Assembly: GCA_030765185.1 (NCBI GenBank) | Contig: JAVCDE010000024.1 | Span: 443,538-507,537, forward strand | Length of the DNA stretch: 64,000 nt | Reading direction: 5' to 3' | DNA from: Candidatus Aceula meridiana | Lineage (GTDB): Bacteria > Omnitrophota > Gorgyraeia > Zapsychrales > Aceulaceae | In this document: one piece after another, positions 18,871-27,896 of the stretch | Layout of the letters: each line of letters begins with the position of its first letter | Numbering within the stretch: the first letter of the stretch is position 1 | The notes under the pieces: model-generated | The model's database searches: none | What the model was told of the DNA's origin: nothing | The model's input: the letters and a program-made list of their open reading frames with translations, nothing else | Translations under genes and position numbers: made by a program

Positions 18871-18938
18871 AAATGAGCCCCGCCCTGGCGGGGCGAATTT
18901 ACCCCAGGAGCGCTTCTTGAGCGACGCGGGGCCTCCTT
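18871..18938 (-). repeat. copy A of a conserved structured intergenic element (serC-serA spacer)
   Basis: AAATGAG-GCCCCGCCCTGGCGGGGC (perfect hairpin)-GAATTTACCCC...GGGG. Related copies at 20037, 27719 and 31120. Confidence 0.5.
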
Positions 18939-20021
18939 TTAAATGTTTTCTTTCTCAAACTCCTGCATAAAAGCCACCAAGGCCTGAACACCCTCAAGAG
19001 GCATCGCATTATAAATGCTCGCGCGCATTCCTCCAACGGTGCGATGGCCCTTAAGAGTCTTTAACCCTTTTTCGGCAGCTTCTGCAATAAACTTTTTATC
19101 AAGCTCTTCATTGCCCGTTACAAAAGGAACATTCATCAGAGACCGGCTTAGTCTTTCAATCGGACTTTTGAAAAGCTTTGAATTGTCTAAATAATCATAA
19201 AGAATTTTAGCCTTATCTTGATTTACTTTTTGCATAACCGCTAACCCACCTTTTTCTTTAATCCATTGAAAGACCAATCCTGCAATATAAATAGAGTAAC
19301 AAGGCGGCGTATTAGCCATAGATCCATTTTTAGCTTGAACTTGATAATCCAAGAGTATCGGAATATTTTTAACGGCATTGCCGATGAGATCCTCTCTGAT
19401 AATCACAATCGTTAAGCCTGCTGGTCCAATATTTTTTTGTGCCCCTGCAAAAATCATACCAAACTTTGTAACATCAATCGGCTCAGACAAAATATTCGAA
19501 GACATATCAGCGATTAATGGCACATTGCCGGTATCCGGAATCTGTGGATAAACAGTCCCATAGATCGTATTATTGGTGACAATATAAAAATAATCTGCAT
19601 CCTTTGTAAATGTTGCCGGGTCTAACTCAGGAATGCGAGTAAATTTATCACCCTCCGAAGATGCAACAACATTAACCTCGCCGTGCTTTTTAGCCTCAGC
19701 AATGGCCTTTTTAGTCCACTGCCCGGTATGCACGTAATCTGCTTTTTTATTCTTAGTCATCAAGTTCATTGGCACAGCGGCAAACTGCATCGAGGCCCCA
19801 CCCTGTAAAAATAACACCTTATAATTCTCAGGGATTTTCATAATTGCCCTTAACGTTGCCTCAGCCTCATCAATGATGCCCTGGAACTCTTTGCCTCGAT
19901 GAGACATTTCCATAACAGACATGCCGCACCCTTTATAGTCTGTCATTTCACCGGCAGCTTTTTTTAAGACTTCTTCGGGTAATGTTGCCGGTCCTGCACT
20001 AAAATTGTATACTCGTGTCAT
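18939..20021 (-). CDS. serC: phosphoserine aminotransferase
   Basis: N-terminal NFSAGPA motif. 360 aa class V aminotransferase. Confidence 0.85.
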   Translation of the reverse strand: MTRVYNFSAGPATLPEEVLKKAAGEMTDYKGCGMSVMEMSHRGKEFQGIIDEAEATLRAIMKIPENYKVLFLQGGASMQFAAVPMNLMTKNKKADYVHTGQWTKKAIAEAKKHGEVNVVASSEGDKFTRIPELDPATFTKDADYFYIVTNNTIYGTVYPQIPDTGNVPLIADMSSNILSEPIDVTKFGMIFAGAQKNIGPAGLTIVIIREDLIGNAVKNIPILLDYQVQAKNGSMANTPPCYSIYIAGLVFQWIKEKGGLAVMQKVNQDKAKILYDYLDNSKLFKSPIERLSRSLMNVPFVTGNEELDKKFIAEAAEKGLKTLKGHRTVGGMRASIYNAMPLEGVQALVAFMQEFEKENI

Positions 20022-20036
20022 AATTTTATCCCCCTT

Positions 20037-20107
20037 AATGAGCCCGCCTTAGCGGAGCGATTTTATCCCAGGAACGCTTTTAAGCGACGCGGGACTTCCT
20101 TAGTTTG
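20037..20107 (-). repeat. copy B of the conserved structured intergenic element (5' of serC)
   Basis: TAATGAGCCCGCCTTAGCGGAGCGATTTTATCCCAGG...CGCGGGACTTCCTTAGTTTG. Hairpins with compensatory changes relative to copy A. Confidence 0.5.
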
Positions 20108-20721
20108 TTAGTAATAAACCTCGCGGCAATAAACCGCAAAGCACTTGTAAAATCCATATCTAGGTAAATAATCTCCTTAGGAACTACTATTTTTTCCGGG
20201 GAAAAGTTTAAGATGCCGCTGACCCCTGCCTTAATGAGCTCATCAGCCACTTCTTGAGCGTTGTTAGCGGGCACCGTGATAATGCCAAGCTCAATAGACT
20301 TCTGTGCAATAATATTTTCCATCTCGCTGATAGCAAAAACATCAATATGTGTTTTAATGCGCTCCAACTTGTTTATGCTATTATCAAATCCCGCAACGAT
20401 TTCAAATCCGTCTTGTTTAAATCTCTCATAATCCAAGAGAGCTGTTCCAAGTCTGCCCAACCCTACGATGCAGGCCTTACGTTTTTTATCAAGCTTGAGT
20501 GTCTGACCTAATTCCTTTTTCAAAGAGACAACTGAATAGCCTTTTCGCGTGTAGCCGGTTACTCCCAGAAGGCTAATATCTTTGCGAATGGTATCATTAG
20601 TGGTACCGATAGCTTGTGCTAAATCTTTTGATGAAACAAAATCCACTTGTCTTTCCTCAAGGCTTTCGAGGCATCCGAAAATCCGGCAAACACGATCAAT
20701 TGTATTGTTCGGTAAATCCAT
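20080..20721 (-). CDS. rex: redox-sensing transcriptional repressor Rex
   Basis: Winged-helix N-terminus plus Rossmann motif VGLGRLG. 213 aa. Confidence 0.8.
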   Translation of the reverse strand: MDLPNNTIDRVCRIFGCLESLEERQVDFVSSKDLAQAIGTTNDTIRKDISLLGVTGYTRKGYSVVSLKKELGQTLKLDKKRKACIVGLGRLGTALLDYERFKQDGFEIVAGFDNSINKLERIKTHIDVFAISEMENIIAQKSIELGIITVPANNAQEVADELIKAGVSGILNFSPEKIVVPKEIIYLDMDFTSALRFIAARFITNKLRKSRVA

Positions 20722-20738
20722 TTAATCCTCCGAAATAT

Positions 20739-20758
20739 TTAGTGAATTATTTCACTAA
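20739..20758. promoter_or_regulatory. Rex operator-like palindrome upstream of rex
   Basis: TTAGTGAATTATTTCACTAA matches the Rex box TTGTGAA-N4-TTCACAA. Lies 18 nt upstream of the rex start. Confidence 0.55.
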
Positions 20759-20896
20759 TATAGCATTGAATGCTCATTTGTCAAGAGGATATTTTAGATA
20801 TTTTTTATTAATTTTGTTAACTACTGGATGGCATACACTTAAGATATTTTTATTTCTCTTGTATCTGTGAAATAAATCACGGATATATACAATAAT

Positions 20897-21193
20897 CTAC
20901 TTATGGATAAACTGCATAATATGAATTGTAACAATGCAAGACCCCAGAGCCATACGAAAACAACGGGCTAATTGATTCTTGATAGCGCTCTCTTGATGGC
21001 TAACTATATCGAAAATAGCTTCCAAACAGAGAAAAGACCCTGCCGCCAAGGAAACAATATCAATTACAACGGGGTCTAAATAACTGCAAGAATCAAACAC
21101 AGAACTCGCCGCTCGCTGAATGCTGTACGCTAAGTAAGAAAAGCCAGCTGAAAAGGCAAAGGCAACGCACAAAGTTTTCTTAAGTTGGGTCAT
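20897..21193 (-). CDS. small integral membrane protein, hypothetical
   Basis: 98 aa, three hydrophobic segments. Confidence 0.35.
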   Translation of the reverse strand: MTQLKKTLCVAFAFSAGFSYLAYSIQRAASSVFDSCSYLDPVVIDIVSLAAGSFLCLEAIFDIVSHQESAIKNQLARCFRMALGSCIVTIHIMQFIHK

Positions 21194-21395
21194 TTTTCTA
21201 AAATTTGAAATAGTTTTAAATTTATTTTCTTATGCTACGCTGTGTGGTCTTAGAAATTCCTATGCCGATGCGAAGAGTTCTACCAAAGCTTTTGGTAACC
21301 CGCCGCTTGAAGACGAATCCCTTTATTTAAATTCCATCAAAATCTTTTTTGATAATTTTATTTTAGCACAACAATCAAAGGAATCCTAAATCTTA

Positions 21396-22166
21396 TTATA
21401 CCTTAGCAGGACGCTTTTTTAACTTTGAAGGATTTTTTATCATTAAAAAAATCATCCATCCACCGAAAACCAAACAAAATCCCATAGATAAAAACCCGCA
21501 AGCACGAAAGAAAAAAGCAACTGCACTGTCAAAAGACAATATTCCCATTTGCGTTAACATATAATTCCAATCGTGGCTAACATCCGGTGTTGCGCCCCCA
21601 ATCGTTACCAGAGGCAACACCATAGCTTGAGCGTCACCGGCGTATGTTGCCACGTTGAAAAAATTAGTAGAAAGCCAGCCAGAACAAAGCACTGTAGCAA
21701 AATAATCACTCTGTCTTAAGAAATTAAGAGCAAGAAAAAAAGGCGCCAAAAGTTGCAGCATTGTACCTCCGGAAACTGCTAGAAACCTTCCATCAAAAGA
21801 AAAAACTATGTGCCCTAGCTCATGAATCCCTAAATTAAGATTCCCGAAAATACTCTGATAATCCGGGTTGCCTAAATACCGGATCAAAAGATAAGCAAAC
21901 CATATCAGCAAAGGAAGGCGAAAAAACCCGTTTCTTTCCTCACACCATTCGGTAATATTTTCTTTCATGTCTGATACAAAACTATGTCGTTTGTTCACGA
22001 TAGGCTTAAAGCTGCTACCATCGGCCTTGCCCTCTTCTATCAAAAGAATGAGCAGTCCCTCTTTTTGTATTTTCTTAATGGCCTCATCCATACTTTGGGC
22101 CTCGACGGCTCCGGAGACATCTTCTAATTTACTATTTTTTGCTTTATAGGGAAAAATAGGTGACAT
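21396..22166 (-). CDS. membrane protein with HExxH zinc-metallopeptidase motif
   Basis: HELGH inside a hydrophobic region. Soluble N-terminal domain. Confidence 0.45.
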   Translation of the reverse strand: MSPIFPYKAKNSKLEDVSGAVEAQSMDEAIKKIQKEGLLILLIEEGKADGSSFKPIVNKRHSFVSDMKENITEWCEERNGFFRLPLLIWFAYLLIRYLGNPDYQSIFGNLNLGIHELGHIVFSFDGRFLAVSGGTMLQLLAPFFLALNFLRQSDYFATVLCSGWLSTNFFNVATYAGDAQAMVLPLVTIGGATPDVSHDWNYMLTQMGILSFDSAVAFFFRACGFLSMGFCLVFGGWMIFLMIKNPSKLKKRPAKV

Positions 22167-22203
22167 TAAAAAATCCCTTTAAAAGGACCGATTTGATTTT
22201 TAG

Positions 22204-23661
22204 TTATTTTTTATGAACATCTTCTTTGGAAACAAGCTTATCGGTCATGCGTAGCCACTCGATAAAAAGTTTTTTATACTGCAGGTCATGAAAAATTTCG
22301 TTAAACCTGTTAGTGTCCACCACATTAACCGCAGCGATGTAATCGTTTAGCGTGATGCGCCCGAATGAATAATTTTCCGTCTCATCCTGCAAAATCGACC
22401 TCGCCAAATCTATTTTCTCTTTGGCGATATTCAACAATTTCTCTTCGCTTTCCATCTGGACTGATAAATTCTTAATATCCGTATATAGCTGAAAATGTGT
22501 TCCTGTGTTAGACAACCTTGTTTTATCTAAATTAATTTTTGAGACCTCGTGCTCGGCGCGGTCTACTTGATCTCCTATCGGCCAATCCAACGAGATGCCG
22601 GCATAAACCATACTATCTTCATTCTTAAGGCTTAAGTTTTTTCCTTGCACATTATACCCAAAAAGCAAATTAATAGACGGTAGAAGATCGTCCGCCTCTT
22701 TATCAACTTCAAGGAAGCTTTTCTTCTCCAAAAGATTCAAAACTTCATACGTGCGGCTGACCTCTTTAAACTCTTGAAAATCTTTTTCAAAAGAAACAGC
22801 CTGTTCAGAATAAAGTCCCGGCGCTTCAGGAACAAGCTCTTTCTGGCCGCTATGACGAATGGCCTTCTCAACAAAGTTAAGTGTCTTTGCATATACCTCT
22901 TTAAGCTCAATGAGTTTTTCTTTCTTAGCCAACACCTGCAAATGCACTTTGTTGACGTCAACGGGAAGGGCAATATTATTTTTCTGTCGCTCAAGGATGT
23001 TATCAAATAATTTCATGTTTTGCTGATAGGAAGATTCGCCTATTTTTAAGCTCTCATACGCCTCATACCAATCGTAGTATCCGATAATAATCGTTGCCAA
23101 ATAATCTTCATAGGCCTCGATAATTTGGTATTTAGCTACGTCGACCTCAACTCCGATAATCTTATCTTTTAAGCGGGTCGCCTTGCCAAAGGCATTTTCG
23201 GCAATAGGCTGGGCAATACCGATGCCGACTTCGCTGGAATTGCTAGCCGATGAATACGAAGCATTGGTTATATATTGGGCCTCAAGACTTGTGCCGGTAA
23301 ACGGAAATAATTTCGTTAAAGATAACGTCCCCTCACCTTCTTTTCTCTCCTGACCAAAAATAAAATCATATTGCCCTTTGGCCGCAAGCACTAAATCGCC
23401 GGCAGGAAGGTTAATGGCTTTCTGATATTGCAAGGATAGCTCATCAATTAAAATACGCTCAAACTCGGTGTCATTGTGAGCTGCCAATGTAATAAATTCT
23501 TCAAGCGGCAGCGTTCTGGTTTCCTGATCCTCTTGTTTTTCAAGGGGCTGAGGCATCTCTCGTTTTTCTTCGGCCATCATGACGCCTGCCCAACACAATG
23601 CCATGCCGAGTGCAACTAGGGTAATAAAAATCATTTTTTGTTTCATATCTTTTGTTTTCAT
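22204..23661 (-). CDS. outer-membrane efflux protein (TolC-like OMF)
   Basis: Signal peptide, coiled-coil repeats. Immediately downstream of the RND pump. Confidence 0.7.
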   Translation of the reverse strand: MKTKDMKQKMIFITLVALGMALCWAGVMMAEEKREMPQPLEKQEDQETRTLPLEEFITLAAHNDTEFERILIDELSLQYQKAINLPAGDLVLAAKGQYDFIFGQERKEGEGTLSLTKLFPFTGTSLEAQYITNASYSSASNSSEVGIGIAQPIAENAFGKATRLKDKIIGVEVDVAKYQIIEAYEDYLATIIIGYYDWYEAYESLKIGESSYQQNMKLFDNILERQKNNIALPVDVNKVHLQVLAKKEKLIELKEVYAKTLNFVEKAIRHSGQKELVPEAPGLYSEQAVSFEKDFQEFKEVSRTYEVLNLLEKKSFLEVDKEADDLLPSINLLFGYNVQGKNLSLKNEDSMVYAGISLDWPIGDQVDRAEHEVSKINLDKTRLSNTGTHFQLYTDIKNLSVQMESEEKLLNIAKEKIDLARSILQDETENYSFGRITLNDYIAAVNVVDTNRFNEIFHDLQYKKLFIEWLRMTDKLVSKEDVHKK

Positions 23662-23663
23662 TT

Positions 23664-26600
23664 TTAAATACTCAATTTAAACTTGTGTTCAAAATCTTTC
23701 AAAAAAGAATAAATACATGGAATAAGGATAAGCGTAATAAGCGTGCCAAACATCAGCCCCCAAGCCAAAGCCAACATCATCTCGGCCAACATTGCATCAT
23801 ATCCGGCAAACCCATAAGCCGTTGGTAAAATCCCGGCTACCGTCGTCAATGTCGTTAATACAACAGCGCGAAGTCGGGTCTTAGCAATATTGGCAATTTG
23901 CCCGCTGGCCTCTTCTTTTCCTCTATCCTTTTTATATTCTCGATCAAGCTTAACCAACATAATAATCGAATCATTGACAACAACCCCCGCGAGGCCCAAT
24001 GCTCCAATGGCTGCAAAAAACCCAAAGAGCACTTTGCCATGCAACCAAAATGCTAAAATAATACCAATCATACCAAAAGGAATAGAAAGCATAATGATCA
24101 AAGGCCTAATCAAAGAATTAAATAATACCGCTAAAACAACATAAATCAGCAAAAGAACCAAAATAATCGCGCTAGCCAGATCGGCTTTGGACTCTCTGGT
24201 GCTTTCAACTTCTCCGGTAAAAGATAATGTTGTCATCGGATATTTCTTCAGAATCCCAGGAAAAACCTCTTTTTCAAAATATTGGGCGATCTCTAAAGGC
24301 GTTTGTGCATGCTTCTTTTTTAAATCCGCATCAATGGTGGTCGTCCTTTTTAAATCTTCGCGCGTAATTGAGTTTAAGACCGTAGTCTTCTCAACATGAA
24401 CAACATCCCTTAAAGGGACCAAATAATTCCCTTTATTTTCGACCGGAAGGCTAAGCACTTCTTCAATGTCCCCCTTGGCCGAATCCACAATAGAAAAGCG
24501 TGTCTGAATATCCTCGTAGGGGCCAGTAAATTCATAAAGGATATTCCCTTCTAAAGCGGCGCGAAATGTCGAGGCAATATCACCTGAGTTAATCGAAAGC
24601 CGTTTGGCCTTGTCCCTGTCAATATCAATGCGGTATTCATCAATGCGCATATCTCCGTCAATCTCCACATTCTCCAAAGACGGGTACGCCTGTAACTTCT
24701 TTTTTAAATCTTGAGAAATAGCCTCACGTTCTGCATCATTATTTTGCTGAACCAAAAGTTCTATAGCGCTGCCTGACGATTGACCCCAGCGGCTTTTGCT
24801 AAAATTAAGTTTTTCAAAACCTTCAAGCCCCTCAACTTCCTTTTTAAGCTTCTCAACAATTTGATCAGCTGACTTCTTACGCTTTTCTTTAGACACGATC
24901 TCAAGAGAAATTCTAAAATTATTTTCTTCTACGGCTCCGCCTCGTCTGCTTCGCGCGATATCAGTGCTAACCCCCACCAATTCTTTATTAAAGTCTCTAA
25001 GAATAATATCTTCAATTCTACGTGTTTCCTGCGCAGTTTCAAAACGTTTCGCCCCCTCATGAATTTTACCGGAAACCATAATATCCCTAGTTTCTTCATG
25101 CGGAAACATAACAAATTTAAATTGATATTTGATAAGCAAGCCCGAAATAATAAACAAAACAACAAAGGCAAGAAAAACAAACCCTTTAAACAAAAGAACT
25201 TTTTCGATAAAGCGCCCATACTTATCTTCAATTTTTTCAAACCAATGGCCTTGCCGACTCATCTGGCCAGGTTCTTTTCTTTTTCCGCTTAACTTGCTTA
25301 AAAAAGGAAATTTTAAATTCATGTGACCCGGCAAAATAAAAATCGATTCGACAAAGCTAGCCGCCAGCACAAGAAAAATAATCGTCGGAATAGGTTGGAT
25401 AAATTTCCCAAAATGCCCGGTGAAAAAATATAACGGGATAAACGCCACGCACGTCGTAATAATGCTGGCTAAGACGGGCAAGATCACATACGCCGTTCCC
25501 TTAACAACAGCCTCGCTTTGCGCCATGCCCTCGTTTGACAAGCGCGTAATATTCTCGGCAACCACAATGGCATCGTCGACGATAATCCCCATCACAATAA
25601 TAATGGCCGCAAGCGTCATGCCGTTAATGGTCTGCCCCATCAACGGTGCTGCAATAGCCGTAAAGCAAAGCGTAAAAGGAATGCCCATTGCCACCCAAAG
25701 CCCGGCTTTGCGGCTTAAAAAAAGAAACAATATAAGGACGACAAGGATAAAACCAAGACTGCCGTTAAGCGCAATGAGCGATAACCGGTTGCGGATATCA
25801 ATCGACTCATCGTCTAGCAAAACAACCTTAAGAGAAGTTTCCTGAAGATTATTCTTTTCAAAATCTTTAACAGCTTTCTTAACGGCATCAATAGCCTCAA
25901 TAATTCCATATGAACTATTTTTAACAACATTCAAAATAACCGCCTGACGGCCGTTAACCTTGCGGATTTCTTTGGTTTTTTCAAAACCCTCTGTGATGCT
26001 GGCAACTTCACCTAGTCGGACAACCTGTCCCTCAAAACCGCCCTGAATAATCAAACTCCTAAGTTTCTCAGGGCTATCCAGCTCGGAAACCAAAGAGACT
26101 TGAGGTTCTTGCGCATTTTCAATATTTCCGGCCGGCTTGCGCACATGATTACTTTTAATCTCATTCATGGCTGTATTAAAAGGAATTTGATATTTGAGAA
26201 GTTTTTCAGGGTAAACTTTAATTTGAAGTTCTTGGTCTAAGTATCCTCGGCGGTTTACGCTATTGACTTGCGGAAGGTTTAGAAGCTGACTTTCAAGAGC
26301 AAAAGCATATTTTTGCAGTTCACGCCTTTGCTCGGGATTAAGGAGATGAATATCTTCGTCATAAAGGGCAATATCAATAATAGCTTTTTTACTGGTCTTA
26401 AAAACCCTGACATCCGGGTCGTCTATCACCTCAGTAGGCAAATTAACATCCAAAACCGTATTACGAATTTCTGTAACAGCCTGATCGATGTCCGGATAAT
26501 TTTGTTCAATTTCAATATTAATATTTGACTGGCCCACACTCGTCGTGCTTGTCACGCGGTAGACACCATCAAGCCCCCGGACAACCTCTTCAATAGGCTT

Positions 26601-26798
26601 AGTCACAAAATATTCAACATCTTCCGCCGGAGCCCCTGGATAAGAAACAGAAATCCTAACCCGGTCAAAAGTAATATCCGGGAGCTCTTCTTTGCTGGTA
26701 TTGTTCCAGGCAAAAATACCGCCTATAAAAACACTGATAAAAATAAGATTGGCAAGAAGGTGCCGTTTGGTGAAATACGAAATGAACTTTTCAAGCAT
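23664..26798 (-). CDS. RND-family efflux transporter permease (AcrB/CzcA-like)
   Basis: 1044 aa, 12 TM plus two large periplasmic loops. Confidence 0.85.
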   Translation of the reverse strand: MLEKFISYFTKRHLLANLIFISVFIGGIFAWNNTSKEELPDITFDRVRISVSYPGAPAEDVEYFVTKPIEEVVRGLDGVYRVTSTTSVGQSNINIEIEQNYPDIDQAVTEIRNTVLDVNLPTEVIDDPDVRVFKTSKKAIIDIALYDEDIHLLNPEQRRELQKYAFALESQLLNLPQVNSVNRRGYLDQELQIKVYPEKLLKYQIPFNTAMNEIKSNHVRKPAGNIENAQEPQVSLVSELDSPEKLRSLIIQGGFEGQVVRLGEVASITEGFEKTKEIRKVNGRQAVILNVVKNSSYGIIEAIDAVKKAVKDFEKNNLQETSLKVVLLDDESIDIRNRLSLIALNGSLGFILVVLILFLFLSRKAGLWVAMGIPFTLCFTAIAAPLMGQTINGMTLAAIIIVMGIIVDDAIVVAENITRLSNEGMAQSEAVVKGTAYVILPVLASIITTCVAFIPLYFFTGHFGKFIQPIPTIIFLVLAASFVESIFILPGHMNLKFPFLSKLSGKRKEPGQMSRQGHWFEKIEDKYGRFIEKVLLFKGFVFLAFVVLFIISGLLIKYQFKFVMFPHEETRDIMVSGKIHEGAKRFETAQETRRIEDIILRDFNKELVGVSTDIARSRRGGAVEENNFRISLEIVSKEKRKKSADQIVEKLKKEVEGLEGFEKLNFSKSRWGQSSGSAIELLVQQNNDAEREAISQDLKKKLQAYPSLENVEIDGDMRIDEYRIDIDRDKAKRLSINSGDIASTFRAALEGNILYEFTGPYEDIQTRFSIVDSAKGDIEEVLSLPVENKGNYLVPLRDVVHVEKTTVLNSITREDLKRTTTIDADLKKKHAQTPLEIAQYFEKEVFPGILKKYPMTTLSFTGEVESTRESKADLASAIILVLLLIYVVLAVLFNSLIRPLIIMLSIPFGMIGIILAFWLHGKVLFGFFAAIGALGLAGVVVNDSIIMLVKLDREYKKDRGKEEASGQIANIAKTRLRAVVLTTLTTVAGILPTAYGFAGYDAMLAEMMLALAWGLMFGTLITLILIPCIYSFLKDFEHKFKLSI

Positions 26799-27007
26799 AT
26801 TTTCTATCCTTATCTAAAGGTATAAACAATATTCCCATTATCCCCTTAGACAGTTTTTATTCAACAAAAGTTCCCTAATATATAATATAAATAAACCTAG
26901 AAATTTAAAAAACATTCTCTTTTTTTAGTAAGTTACAGAGATTATTTTAGCATGGGGTTAAAGAAGATTTCAAAAATTCTAAAAAAATAATCTTATAAAA
27001 TTCCTTT

Positions 27008-27355
27008 TCAATTGTTAGATTTTGGATTAAAAGCTAGAAAAACCGCAACACCCAAAAGCGCGATATCGCGTATTTCCTGAAACTGCAAGGCAATAAGAAT
27101 AGCAGCAAGTTGTAACGCAGCGGCAATAGCCGCCGGGCGTAACCAAAGCCCGCTGATAAGCAAAAGCGCCGTTAATGTTTCAACAGCGCCTAAGCCCCAA
27201 ACAGAATATTGCGCCGGCCAGGGCATGGCTTGAACGACTGGCATCGCCTCCATGCTACGCGCCCAATAGTCGCCGGTAAATTTTCCAATGCCGAAAATCA
27301 AAAAAACAATTCCTAAGGAAGCACGTAATATAATAAAGGCAATTTTGTTTTTCAT
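27008..27355 (-). CDS. DoxX family membrane protein
   Basis: 115 aa, four TM, DoxX-like composition. Confidence 0.7.
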   Translation of the reverse strand: MKNKIAFIILRASLGIVFLIFGIGKFTGDYWARSMEAMPVVQAMPWPAQYSVWGLGAVETLTALLLISGLWLRPAAIAAALQLAAILIALQFQEIRDIALLGVAVFLAFNPKSNN

Positions 27356-27708
27356 TTAGCTTCAATGGTCTTTTCAAGCTTACCGTTAATATTGCAATAA
27401 CCTTCCACCCCGATAATATCTCCTGCTTTAATGTCCGGCAATCGGTAGCTGACTGTTTGCGTGTCCGGTGTCTCTTGGAAAGAAATTTGCTGCCCAATTA
27501 CTTCTTTGTCGTTTATCGAAACATCGATTTTATTAATGTAGTGTTGGTCTGGATTTCGAACCGGATGCACAATGACCGCAGTCACGATCTTGGTGGCAGC
27601 ATCATAGCTTAAATCAATTCGAACAGGCGGATGCGCAAACACCGATTGACTGCTTAATAAAACGACCATAAAACTTACGACAACAATAATAATATTTTTT
27701 TTCATCAC
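27352..27708 (-). CDS. small secreted protein, hypothetical
   Basis: Signal peptide MMKKNIIIVVVSFMVVLLSSQSVFA. Overlaps the DoxX start (operon). Confidence 0.5.
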   Translation of the reverse strand: MMKKNIIIVVVSFMVVLLSSQSVFAHPPVRIDLSYDAATKIVTAVIVHPVRNPDQHYINKIDVSINDKEVIGQQISFQETPDTQTVSYRLPDIKAGDIIGVEGYCNINGKLEKTIEAK

Positions 27709-27718
27709 ACCCCTCCTT

Positions 27719-27780
27719 AAAATGAGCCCCGCCCTAGCAGGGCGAATTTACCCTGGCTGACTTAGGCCAGGGCTTACTTT
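27719..27780 (-). repeat. copy C of the conserved structured intergenic element
   Basis: AAAATGAG-CCCCGCCCTAGCAGGGCG-AATTTACCCTGGC-TGACTTA-GCCAGGG. Begins 11 nt from the start codon at 27708. Confidence 0.5.
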
Positions 27781-27896
27781 AAATTATTCTAACATGCACT
27801 TAAGATGAATTCTAAAAAATTGTTAAATCAAAAAAAATAGGGCCGTCTGGATATGGACGGCCCTTATTCATCAATTTTAAAAACTTTTAAAGGCCT

